Assembly: GCA_016176685.1 (NCBI GenBank) | Contig: JACOWS010000001.1 | Location: 11,577-75,576, forward strand | Direction of reading: 5' to 3' | Length of the DNA stretch: 64,000 nt | Source of the DNA: Patescibacteria group bacterium | GTDB taxonomy: Bacteria; Patescibacteriota; Minisyncoccia; Phycocordibacterales; SBAW01 | Translations under genes and position numbers: made by a program | The notes under the pieces: model-generated | What the model was told of the DNA's origin: nothing | Database searches by the model: none | What the model saw: only the letters and a program-made list of their open reading frames with translations | In this document: positions 49,087-57,361 of the stretch, one piece after another | Position numbering within the stretch: position 1 is the stretch's first letter | Layout of the letters: every line of letters starts with the position of its first letter

Positions 49087-49704
49087 TTACAATACTGATG
49101 CTACTGCCTTTTTTACTTCCTGCCAAACCGCTTCCAGCGGCTGGTCGGCATTAATTATAAAATGTCGGCCAAGTTCGCCTATGTGTTTTTTATAACCGTC
49201 ATGCACCCGCTTATGGAATGTCAGTTGCTCAACATCAAAACGATTCATCCCTTCTGCACGGCGGCCCGCTCGCTTAATGCCAACCTGTGGAGTGACGTCA
49301 AGCAGTAAGTATACATCTGGAATATATTTTTCTACGATAAAAGTGCTCACGTCGCGCAAAAAAGGTAAATATTCTTGCCGCTCGCGGCCATATATTTGAT
49401 ACGCTATTGTGGAAAGTCCAAACCGGTTTGATACGACATTTTTTCCACTCGTTAATGCAGGAGCAATAACTTCTGCCATCAGTTGCGCTCGAGCAGCCAA
49501 AAACAGCAAGAGTTCCGACCGTACATCCATATCGGTAGACTCTTTTGCGAGCAGGAGTTCGCGTATATGCTCACCTATTTTGGTTCCACCGGGTTCGCGG
49601 GTATATACCACCTCCGGGTAAAGACTTTTTAAACGTTCGATGTGTGTATCCTTGCCGGAACCCTCTCCACCTTCAAATACAACGAATGTTCCCCTCTTGT
49701 CCAT
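49087..49704 (-). CDS. tmk: thymidylate kinase
   Basis: FEGGEGSGK, TREPGGT, LF.AARAQ, S.IAYQ. Confidence 0.95.
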   Translation of the reverse strand: MDKRGTFVVFEGGEGSGKDTHIERLKSLYPEVVYTREPGGTKIGEHIRELLLAKESTDMDVRSELLLFLAARAQLMAEVIAPALTSGKNVVSNRFGLSTIAYQIYGRERQEYLPFLRDVSTFIVEKYIPDVYLLLDVTPQVGIKRAGRRAEGMNRFDVEQLTFHKRVHDGYKKHIGELGRHFIINADQPLEAVWQEVKKAVASVL

Positions 49705-49751
49705 ATGGCTATGCTTTCCTCATATGCTACAGTATCAGAAACAAAAATCCT

Positions 49752-50429
49752 ATGGCATTTTCAGACAAGAAAATACTTGAAGCAATGAAAGAAGGTTCTA
49801 TCGTAATAGAGCCGTTTAGGAAGGAAAACCTCGCTACCTCAAGCTACGATGTCACGCTCGGTGAGCACTTTTTCCGCGAACAGCCGACCAAGTACAATCA
49901 CAGTCTCTACAATATATGGAGCAGAGCGCACATGGAGCACGTGTGGGGAGCTCATAAGGTCGAACGGGCAGTGCGGGCGAAGGAAGCATTCGCGAAATAT
50001 AATTTTGAGTGGGAAGGTATCAGCCGTAAGGACAGAGTGATAATTCTGCGCCCTGGTGAGACTATTCTTGCACACACCAACGAATTTATCGGTGGGCGCA
50101 GACACATCACCACCATGATGAAGGCACGCTCCTCCTTGGGTCGCAATTTTATCGAGGTATGCAAATGCGCTGGGTGGGGCGATGTGGGCTATATCAACCG
50201 CTGGACGATGGAGATAACCAACAACTCCAAAAATTACATTATTCCGCTTGTGGTCGGCCGCCGCATCGCGCAGATTATCTTTTTTGAAACAGGGCCGATC
50301 CTCAAGACCGACTACACCAAAAGCGGCAAATACCAGTCCACCGACTCCGTGGCCCAGCTCAAAAAGAGCTGGAAGCCCGACCTGATGCTTCCACGCCTCT
50401 ACCTTGACCGCGATATAAAAAAGAAATAG
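49752..50429 (+). CDS. dcd: dCTP deaminase
   Basis: SSYDVTLG, ARSSLGR, GD.GY...WTMEI, IAQI.F; start set at MAFSD. Confidence 0.88.
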   Translation: MAFSDKKILEAMKEGSIVIEPFRKENLATSSYDVTLGEHFFREQPTKYNHSLYNIWSRAHMEHVWGAHKVERAVRAKEAFAKYNFEWEGISRKDRVIILRPGETILAHTNEFIGGRRHITTMMKARSSLGRNFIEVCKCAGWGDVGYINRWTMEITNNSKNYIIPLVVGRRIAQIIFFETGPILKTDYTKSGKYQSTDSVAQLKKSWKPDLMLPRLYLDRDIKKK

Positions 50430-50466
50430 AGTTCGAATAGTTGTTCTACATATAAGGATCACGCGC

Positions 50467-51294
50467 ATGCAGACCTACAACGATGTACTCGACAGGATAA
50501 TGAGAGAGGGTATCGACCGCGTTGGCCGCAATGCCACCACTCGCGCTCTTTTTGCCATACAAATGCGCTTCAAGATGTCGGACGGCTTTCCCGCTGTCAC
50601 CACTAAAAAGCTCGCGTTTAAGGCTATGAAGGCGGAGTTGTTGTGGTTTCTTGAAGGCAGTGGTGACGACAACCGGCTTAAGGAAATCACCGGTACGGAA
50701 AAAACTATTTGGACCGACAACGCGCGGGCCGACTACTGGAAACCAAAAGCAAAATTTGACGGCGACCTTGGTCGTATCTATGGCGTACAGTGGCGTAGTT
50801 GGCAAGGGCCGGGCGGCAAAAAAGTCGACCAAATAAAAGAGGCCGTCGACAAGATAAAAAATAACCCCGCTGACCGTCGTATTATCGTCACTGCCTGGAA
50901 CCCGGGCGAGATCGACCAAATGGCCCTGCCTCCTTGCCATATGCTTTTTCAATTCTTCGTTGCGGACGGAAAGCTTTCCCTCCACATGATCCAGCGCAGC
51001 TGCGACATGTTCTTGGGTGTGCCGTTTAACATCGCCTCTTACTCTCTCTTGCTCCACATGATGGCACAGGTAACGGGCACGGTTGCAGAAGAGTGCATAA
51101 TTACCTTCAACGATGCGCATATATACCACGAGCACTTCGACGCGGTGAAGGAGCAGCTTTCTCGTAAGCCTATGCCTCTACCGCAATTGTGGCTCAACCA
51201 GGAGGTTAAAGACATCGATACATTCAAGATGGATGACATCCGGCTCGAGTACTACCAAAGCTACCCTGCCATCCCTGCAAAAATGATCGTCTAG
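50467..51294 (+). CDS. thyA: thymidylate synthase
   Basis: ELLWF, YG.QWR, MALPPCH, QRSCD.FLGVPFN. Confidence 0.98.
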   Translation: MQTYNDVLDRIMREGIDRVGRNATTRALFAIQMRFKMSDGFPAVTTKKLAFKAMKAELLWFLEGSGDDNRLKEITGTEKTIWTDNARADYWKPKAKFDGDLGRIYGVQWRSWQGPGGKKVDQIKEAVDKIKNNPADRRIIVTAWNPGEIDQMALPPCHMLFQFFVADGKLSLHMIQRSCDMFLGVPFNIASYSLLLHMMAQVTGTVAEECIITFNDAHIYHEHFDAVKEQLSRKPMPLPQLWLNQEVKDIDTFKMDDIRLEYYQSYPAIPAKMIV

Positions 51295-51296
51295 AT

Positions 51297-51806
51297 ATGG
51301 CAAGAGCAAAGGTAAGTATCGTCGTAGCGCTCGGGAAAGACCGCGGCATCGGCAAAGACGGGCAGCTGCTGTGGCACATACCCGAGGACCTCAAGCGCTT
51401 CAAACTGCTCACTATGGGCCATCCGGTGATAATGGGCAGGAAGACGTTTGAGTCTATTGTCGCCGTACTTGGCAAAGCGCTTCCCGGACGTACTAACATA
51501 GTTGTTACACGCTCCTCGACTCTGCTCGGAGTGGACGATCCAAACGTAGTTATTGTTCATTCGTTAGAAGAAGCGATACAAAAAGCGAGTGAGGTTGACC
51601 AAAAAGAGATTTTTGTCGTCGGCGGCGCACAAATTTACGAGCAAGCTCTACCGCTGGCCTACAAAATGTATCTAACGCTCGTGGACGACGAGAAGGAGAG
51701 TGACGCCTACTTCCCTCCCTATGAGCATCTGTTTACCAAAAAACTCTCGGAAGAAATCCGAGAGCATGATGGACTTAGATATAGGTGGATTGATTTGGAG
51801 ACATAA
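51297..51806 (+). CDS. folA: dihydrofolate reductase
   Basis: IG..G.L.W.IPEDL..FK, MGRKTFES, LPGR.N, GGAQIY. Confidence 0.96.
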   Translation: MARAKVSIVVALGKDRGIGKDGQLLWHIPEDLKRFKLLTMGHPVIMGRKTFESIVAVLGKALPGRTNIVVTRSSTLLGVDDPNVVIVHSLEEAIQKASEVDQKEIFVVGGAQIYEQALPLAYKMYLTLVDDEKESDAYFPPYEHLFTKKLSEEIREHDGLRYRWIDLET

Positions 51807-51841
51807 AACTGCTTTACTAAGTCCTGAAAGGAGTAGCACAC

Positions 51842-51919
51842 ATGTCCAGGCGCAAAAAACTACAGCTGTGGTGGAAGTTCGAATTCATGAACTTTTGGCA
51901 TGGCATTCTGGGTTTCTGA
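51842..51919 (+). CDS. putative 25-aa cationic/aromatic peptide
   Basis: AAAGGAG SD, MSRRKKLQLWWKFEFMNFWHGILGF, then a strong hairpin. Confidence 0.5.
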   Translation: MSRRKKLQLWWKFEFMNFWHGILGF

Positions 51920-51933
51920 ACCCGAAACGAACA

Positions 51934-51972
51934 CGTCCGCGCCGAGTAAATCGGCGCGGACGAATTTCTTTT
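51934..51972. terminator. terminator hairpin between convergent units
   Basis: CGTCCGCGCCGA-gtaaa-TCGGCGCGGACG plus T-rich tail. Confidence 0.75.
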
Positions 51973-51983
51973 AGAATTTAGCT

Positions 51984-52406
51984 TTACTTCACATCCACAC
52001 CCATACTTCGGGCGGAGCCGGCAACCACTTTTACAGCTTGTTCAATATTGTCGGTGTTGAGGTCGGGCATTTTGCGCTGTGCAATTTCTTTTGCCTGCGC
52101 CTTGGTAAGGGTACCTATTTTTTCAGTATTTGGCTTGCCGCTCCCCTTTTCTTTGCCGAGCGCCTTCAAAATCAAACCGGAGACTGGCGGAGTTTTGAGT
52201 ATAAAGTCATAGGAACGGTCCTCGTAGACGGTGATTTCCGCCGGGACCATGTCGCCCTTCATCTCTTTGCTGGCCTCGTTAAACTTCTTTACAAACTCGC
52301 CGATGTTGACGCCCGCAGGGCCCAACACCTGGCCCATGGCAGGGGTCAGCGTTGCGGCGCCTCCGGCCGCTACTATTTTTATCTTTTTTACTATCTTTTT
52401 AGCCAT
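51984..52406 (-). CDS. rplK: 50S ribosomal protein uL11
   Basis: LGP.GVNI.EF.K.FN, KTPP, K.PDLN, GSARSMG. Confidence 0.97.
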   Translation of the reverse strand: MAKKIVKKIKIVAAGGAATLTPAMGQVLGPAGVNIGEFVKKFNEASKEMKGDMVPAEITVYEDRSYDFILKTPPVSGLILKALGKEKGSGKPNTEKIGTLTKAQAKEIAQRKMPDLNTDNIEQAVKVVAGSARSMGVDVK

Positions 52407-52493
52407 ACTGTTCGTGAGTTATATACTTTCTTATCGTTCGGGTCAATCCCTCCCAAAGCCTCGGGATGAAGGAATTTATAGTCGCTTTGCTTC

Positions 52494-53045
52494 TTAAATT
52501 CTCTTCACCTGCAAAAAATCAAGCTCAACCGGCGTTTCGCGGCCAAACATAGACACCAACACCTTTACCTTGCCGCGCGCCTCGTCTACCTCGCCCACCT
52601 TGCCGTCGAGCTCTTTAAACGGCCCGTCGACAATAGTAACCGAGTCGCCTACGGTCAAGTCTATTGTGTGGCGGATGGAACCTTCGCTCGCCTGCATGCG
52701 GCCCAACAGTTCGTCCACCTCCGACTGTTTAAGCGGTACCGGGTTGACGCCGGACCCCACAAAGCCGGTGACACGCGGGGTGTTGCGCACCACGTACCAC
52801 GACTGGTCGTCGACTATCATTTCTACCAGCACGTAGCCGGGGTAAACTTTTTCCTCCTCCTCGACGCGGCGGCCGCCTTTAATCTTGACCGTATGCTCGG
52901 TAGGCACCACCACCTGGAACACTTTGTCGGAAAGGCTCAGCGACTCTATGCGCTGGCGCAAGTTGCGTGCCACCGCATTTTCATACCCGGCATAGGTATG
53001 TATCGCATACCATGCCCGGCCCACACTGGTATCTTGTTTTGACAT
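52494..53045 (-). CDS. nusG: transcription factor NusG
   Basis: WY.IHTY.GYE, PGYVLV, TP.VTGFVG, KOW GPF, FGRETPVEL. Confidence 0.98.
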   Translation of the reverse strand: MSKQDTSVGRAWYAIHTYAGYENAVARNLRQRIESLSLSDKVFQVVVPTEHTVKIKGGRRVEEEEKVYPGYVLVEMIVDDQSWYVVRNTPRVTGFVGSGVNPVPLKQSEVDELLGRMQASEGSIRHTIDLTVGDSVTIVDGPFKELDGKVGEVDEARGKVKVLVSMFGRETPVELDFLQVKRI

Positions 53046-53060
53046 AAAAAATATAAGGAG

Positions 53061-53231
53061 TTAGATAACCCGCTCGATAATGGTGGTAAAGATGTAGTCC
53101 CACAGCCCCAAATAAGAAGCGGTCGCAAGCGACACCAGGATAACCACCAGGGTGTACACCGCCGTTTGGCGGCGGCTTGGCCAGGACACGTGCTTCATCT
53201 CTGCACGGACGTCTTTGATATATTGCAACAT
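53061..53231 (-). CDS. secE: protein translocase subunit SecE
   Basis: EMKHVSWPSR plus one TM helix; upstream of nusG. Confidence 0.93.
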   Translation of the reverse strand: MLQYIKDVRAEMKHVSWPSRRQTAVYTLVVILVSLATASYLGLWDYIFTTIIERVI

Positions 53232-53399
53232 AAAAATGATTCCTAAGAAAAAACCCCCGCAGGGGCTTTTTACAGAGTACCGTATAGTCTCCACAAAATC
53301 AAGGCCCCAAGAGGGCGGGGATTTTCTTGGCTAGAAAATCTCCCTAGTTCCTCGGGCCGTCGCCCTGCGCACCCTCTTGAAACCTTGATTTTGCTTCGG

Positions 53400-54206
53400 T
53401 TATCTAATTTCGTAGGTTATAGAGACGTCGGAGGTGACTTTGTTTTGGCCGGTCGAGATTTCGGGGGCTGCCACTGGCATAGCGGCGGCACTACCACCTA
53501 TCCCCATTTCCATACCTTTGGCGTAGTATATCGGCCCGCCATAGCTGTTTTCGTTGAAGGAGACTACCCGCACCAGTCGCACGCCGAGCTCTTTGGCAAG
53601 CGCCTGCGCCTTTTGCTTTGCATCGGCTATGGCTTTGTCGCGTGCCTGTGCCTGCACATTGTCTGGGTCGTCAAAGGTAAAGGTAAGTCCAGAAACTTCG
53701 GTGGCGCCCTTGCCGCCCACGCCGGCCAAGAGTTCGCCCGCCTTGGCGGTATCACGAACTTTTATGGTTGTGGTTTGGCGCACCTCGTAGCCCTTAAGCA
53801 CCTGCTTGCCTGGTGTACACGGGTATGCAACGCACACTATCTGCTGGTACTCGTATTGCGGGTAAATAGAGTAGTCGCTAGTTTGAATGTCTTTCTTGTC
53901 GATGCCAGCCCCCTCTAGATAGCTCTCGATGGCATTGATCTTTTTTGTGGCATCCGCCTGCGCCTCGGCTACCGTTGTTTTCTCCGACACCACGCTAAAG
54001 GTAAAAGTGGCGATGTCCGGCACCGCTAACACCTCGCCGTGGCCGCTGATATATATCGTGTTGGTAGCCTGGAGTCCCGCTCCTATGTAGCGAAGGCCCG
54101 CGATGCCAGCCACTGATTGCACGCCCAAAAACAGCGCTAGAAGTGCTACCGCCGCTAATGCCGCTTTACGCAACTTTTCGCCCTTCGCCCCTTCAAATAT
54201 ATCCAT
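53400..54206 (-). CDS. SIMPL (DUF541) domain protein
   Basis: G.G.V...PD.A, I.T..Y.I.P.Y, AR.KA..DA..KA..LA. Confidence 0.88.
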   Translation of the reverse strand: MDIFEGAKGEKLRKAALAAVALLALFLGVQSVAGIAGLRYIGAGLQATNTIYISGHGEVLAVPDIATFTFSVVSEKTTVAEAQADATKKINAIESYLEGAGIDKKDIQTSDYSIYPQYEYQQIVCVAYPCTPGKQVLKGYEVRQTTTIKVRDTAKAGELLAGVGGKGATEVSGLTFTFDDPDNVQAQARDKAIADAKQKAQALAKELGVRLVRVVSFNENSYGGPIYYAKGMEMGIGGSAAAMPVAAPEISTGQNKVTSDVSITYEIR

Positions 54207-54289
54207 ATATACTTATTAAAAAATTAATACTAACCTTTGCTTCGCTCACTATAGACGGCTCGGCAACGCTTTTATTACCGAACATTATA

Positions 54290-54715
54290 TTAATTCTTTG
54301 TTTTAAGCAAATCGCGGATCTCTTCCAACAGACGCTCTTGCGCCGGCTTTTCGTATGTAGGGACTGGCTTTTGCTCTTCCTGGAACACTCGCTTGCGCGC
54401 AGCGGAGAACATTTTGAAAACGATAAATATGGAGAGTGATACCAAAAGGAAGTTAAATACCGATTGCAAAAATAACCCGTAGCCCAGCACCAGGTCTGGG
54501 CGCAGGTTGACCGCGAGTTCTTTAAAGTCCACACCGCCGGTTGCAAACCCCAAGAGCGGCGTAATAATGCCACCAACCAGCGCGTTTATAATGGCGGTAA
54601 AAGAGGTGCCGATAACCACCGCAATCGCAAGTTCAAACGCGTTGCCTTTGATTGCAAAACTCTTAAACTCCTTCATAAAACCGCGCGCTACACCGACAAA
54701 CTTTTCCCGAGACAT
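54290..54715 (-). CDS. mscL: large-conductance mechanosensitive channel
   Basis: EFK.FA.KGN..ELA.AVVIG, YG.F, LL.EIRDLL. Confidence 0.95.
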   Translation of the reverse strand: MSREKFVGVARGFMKEFKSFAIKGNAFELAIAVVIGTSFTAIINALVGGIITPLLGFATGGVDFKELAVNLRPDLVLGYGLFLQSVFNFLLVSLSIFIVFKMFSAARKRVFQEEQKPVPTYEKPAQERLLEEIRDLLKTKN

Positions 54716-54781
54716 GCGCGCATTGTAGCATGGGGCCAAACGTGATACGGTGCGGGCGGATAGAAAAAGGAGGAGTTTCCG

Positions 54782-55375
54782 ATGTCGCATCGCCGTCGAT
54801 ATATCGAGGCGATCGTTATCGCCTCGATTGCGTTTGTACTTGAGTTGTGGGGGTCAGGCTATACACACAGTGTCGCGCTGTGGGGCGACGCATGGCATGT
54901 GTTTGGCGACGGTTCAACACTGGCAACCGGCCTTGTGGCGCTTGAGTTGCGGGGCCGCGGCAAACCTGCCGGACACTGGGAGCTTACAACTTCTCTGCTC
55001 AACATACTGATACTACTAATTGCCGCCGCGCTACTGACACAGTGGGGGCTAACACTTCTCGAAAAACCAGTGCCCGTTTCCGGATATAGTCTCTTGGCCA
55101 TCGCAGGCATTGGCGCCTTGTGCAACTTGCGCCAGTGGTACCTCGCCCGCGGGCTTGGTGGCGCACACATGCACGAGCACACGCGCCTGGGGCAAGTACT
55201 CCACTTTGCCTCCGACTTTTTTGCGAGCATGGCGGTTATCGCGGGAGCCATAGGCATCTTGCTTGGCTACCCGCAGAGCGACGCAGTCGCGTCGCTCACA
55301 GTGGCGGCAATAATCCTTATATTTGTGGGGATGCTCGGCAAAGAGGTCTGGCACGCCCACCGTCGTCATCACTGA
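54782..55375 (+). CDS. cation diffusion facilitator family transporter lacking the C-terminal domain
   Basis: S.AL..DA.H...D and H...D metal sites; His-rich loop; AGGAGG SD. Confidence 0.8.
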   Translation: MSHRRRYIEAIVIASIAFVLELWGSGYTHSVALWGDAWHVFGDGSTLATGLVALELRGRGKPAGHWELTTSLLNILILLIAAALLTQWGLTLLEKPVPVSGYSLLAIAGIGALCNLRQWYLARGLGGAHMHEHTRLGQVLHFASDFFASMAVIAGAIGILLGYPQSDAVASLTVAAIILIFVGMLGKEVWHAHRRHH

Positions 55376-55385
55376 TTCTTCCCTG

Positions 55386-55415
55386 CCCCGCGGCTTGCCG
55401 CGGGGTACCTTTTTT
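55386..55415. terminator. intrinsic terminator
   Basis: CCCCGCGG-cttg-CCGCGGGG then T-run. Confidence 0.7.
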
Positions 55416-55425
55416 ATCAACAGCA

Positions 55426-56085
55426 TTACCAACTTCGCTCCTTTCCTTGTTTCCAAAACTTGCCAGTTGGAACCTTTGAAATGGCTAGCTCAAATATATC
55501 TTTCGCCGGTTCCTCTGGGCTACGCGGGGCTTCTGCCCCACCCATGTCAGTCTTTACCCACCCCGGGTCTATTATAGATACCGTAATACTTTTTCCTTGA
55601 AGTCGTAAAGCAAGTGTTCGAGTATACATGCCTAATGCCGCTTTTGAGATTCGATATGCCGGCACATCGTCACTTGAGATGGTGGTAAGGGCTCCAGCTC
55701 CAGAACCAAGCGAAATAATGTGGCAGCCCTCTGCCAGCGCAGGTATAAGCCGCTCCGTAAGATCAATGGTGCCGATGAGATTTACTTCGAGAATCTTTCG
55801 TAGTGTCGATATCTCAACTGTAGCTCCGTTATGGTCTTCTTCCTTAGCGTAGATACCTGCATTGTTGACGAGAATATTGATTGGTTTATACGCCGAGATT
55901 TTTTCTGCGGCTTGAGCAATGCTCGTGTTGTCTGAAAGGTCTAATTGGACCCACTTTAAATTTTGGCGCTTCCAGCCGGTGTTGTTGGTTAAAGTGCCAA
56001 CGACTTCCCACCCAGCAGCCAAAAACTGCTCTGCTGTTGCCTTGCCAATACCACGGGTTGCTCCTGTAATAACCACTCGTTTCAT
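55426..56085 (-). CDS. short-chain dehydrogenase/reductase
   Basis: TGATRGIG, NNAG, YRISK, PGWVKTDMG. Confidence 0.93.
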   Translation of the reverse strand: MKRVVITGATRGIGKATAEQFLAAGWEVVGTLTNNTGWKRQNLKWVQLDLSDNTSIAQAAEKISAYKPINILVNNAGIYAKEEDHNGATVEISTLRKILEVNLIGTIDLTERLIPALAEGCHIISLGSGAGALTTISSDDVPAYRISKAALGMYTRTLALRLQGKSITVSIIDPGWVKTDMGGAEAPRSPEEPAKDIFELAISKVPTGKFWKQGKERSW

Positions 56086-56115
56086 AAAAGCATAGTATCA
56101 AAACTTTTTATCGTG

Positions 56116-56188
56116 GGTGCCTACCCGGATTCGAACCGGGACATACAGCTCCACAAGCTGCAGTGCTGACCATTACACTATAGGCACC
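56116..56188 (-). tRNA. tRNA-His(GTG)
   Basis: Cloverleaf with G-1, anticodon loop TTGTGGA, GTTCGAATC T-loop. Confidence 0.93.
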
Positions 56189-56218
56189 ATATAAACTCCT
56201 CTACGATAGCAGAGGTGC

Positions 56219-57220
56219 TTAGGGCGCGCTAGGTTCTTCGGCGAGTTCTCCAGTAGCCCGCCGTGAGGAAAGGTACGAGAGCCCGATAAATCCGAGGCCA
56301 ATAGAGGCAATAACAAACTCCGGCACGTGCACCACGAGCCCCGCAAGCATCGCCAAGGCCAAGCCAAACACCGCCCAGTGCGCGCCGTGCTCGAGGTAGC
56401 GCAGTGTAGCAAGAGTTTTTTTGCGCACCAGGTAGACCGTGAGCGTGCGGATAAAGTAGGCGCCGATGCCAAGCCCCACAGCGATGATGGGCAGCGAGGT
56501 GGTGAGCGCAAAGGCGCCGATAACTCCGTCGAGCGAAAAGGCCGAGTCCAAGACGTTCAGGTACACAAACAACATCGCCCCGGTGCGCACGGCGCCTTTT
56601 GCCTCGACCCCGAGCCCATGCGCAATACCCTCGGTCAGGGTAAAGAGGACGATACCGATGATGCCTGCGCGTAAAATGGTCTCAACCGAGCCATGCGCAA
56701 AAAAGGTGATACCAAACAAAAAGAGTAGCGCAAGCGCAATTTCTATCGCCTCGACCCTGCCCCATGTAACCAATCGCGACTCTATAACCTCAAACCAGTG
56801 CACCTTTTTGCTCTGGTTAAAGAAGTATTTAAGCGCCACCATAGCCAAAAAAATTCCGCCAAACGCTTTGATAGCCGTGTCGGCCGAGGTTAAAAGGCGC
56901 GAGTACTCCTCCGGGTTCCCCAGTGCGAGCGCGGTGATGGTAAAGGGCGAGACGAGCGCCACTATGCTGACAATAAGTATGGGCAACACCAGCCGCGTGC
57001 CAAAAACAGACAACAGGATGCCCCAGGTAAGGAAGCGCCTCTGCCACATCTGCGACATTTCCTCCAAGACCTTGGCGTTCACGACCGCGTTGTCAAAGGA
57101 GAGCGTGATTTCCAACACTACCAAGACGGCCGCCAACAGGAGCGCCCCGGTGCCGCCCCACCAGTACACTGCGGCAAGCACCGCAAAAGAAACAGCAATA
57201 GGGCCGACAAAAAGCTTCAT
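56219..57220 (-). CDS. DUF475/TerC-like membrane protein
   Basis: LEITLSFDNAVVNA, D.AFS.DGVIGAFA, LEHGAHWA. Confidence 0.9.
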   Translation of the reverse strand: MKLFVGPIAVSFAVLAAVYWWGGTGALLLAAVLVVLEITLSFDNAVVNAKVLEEMSQMWQRRFLTWGILLSVFGTRLVLPILIVSIVALVSPFTITALALGNPEEYSRLLTSADTAIKAFGGIFLAMVALKYFFNQSKKVHWFEVIESRLVTWGRVEAIEIALALLFLFGITFFAHGSVETILRAGIIGIVLFTLTEGIAHGLGVEAKGAVRTGAMLFVYLNVLDSAFSLDGVIGAFALTTSLPIIAVGLGIGAYFIRTLTVYLVRKKTLATLRYLEHGAHWAVFGLALAMLAGLVVHVPEFVIASIGLGFIGLSYLSSRRATGELAEEPSAP

Positions 57221-57361
57221 CACATTACTATAACAGGTGCTGTAATTATACACTTTGCGCGAACTTTTTTCGAGCGGAAATTGGATGAATGAACCCAAGC
57301 CCCACGCACTGGCGAGTACGACAGCAACCCCGAAAGAAAAAACACTCCTTCTAATTAAAAA

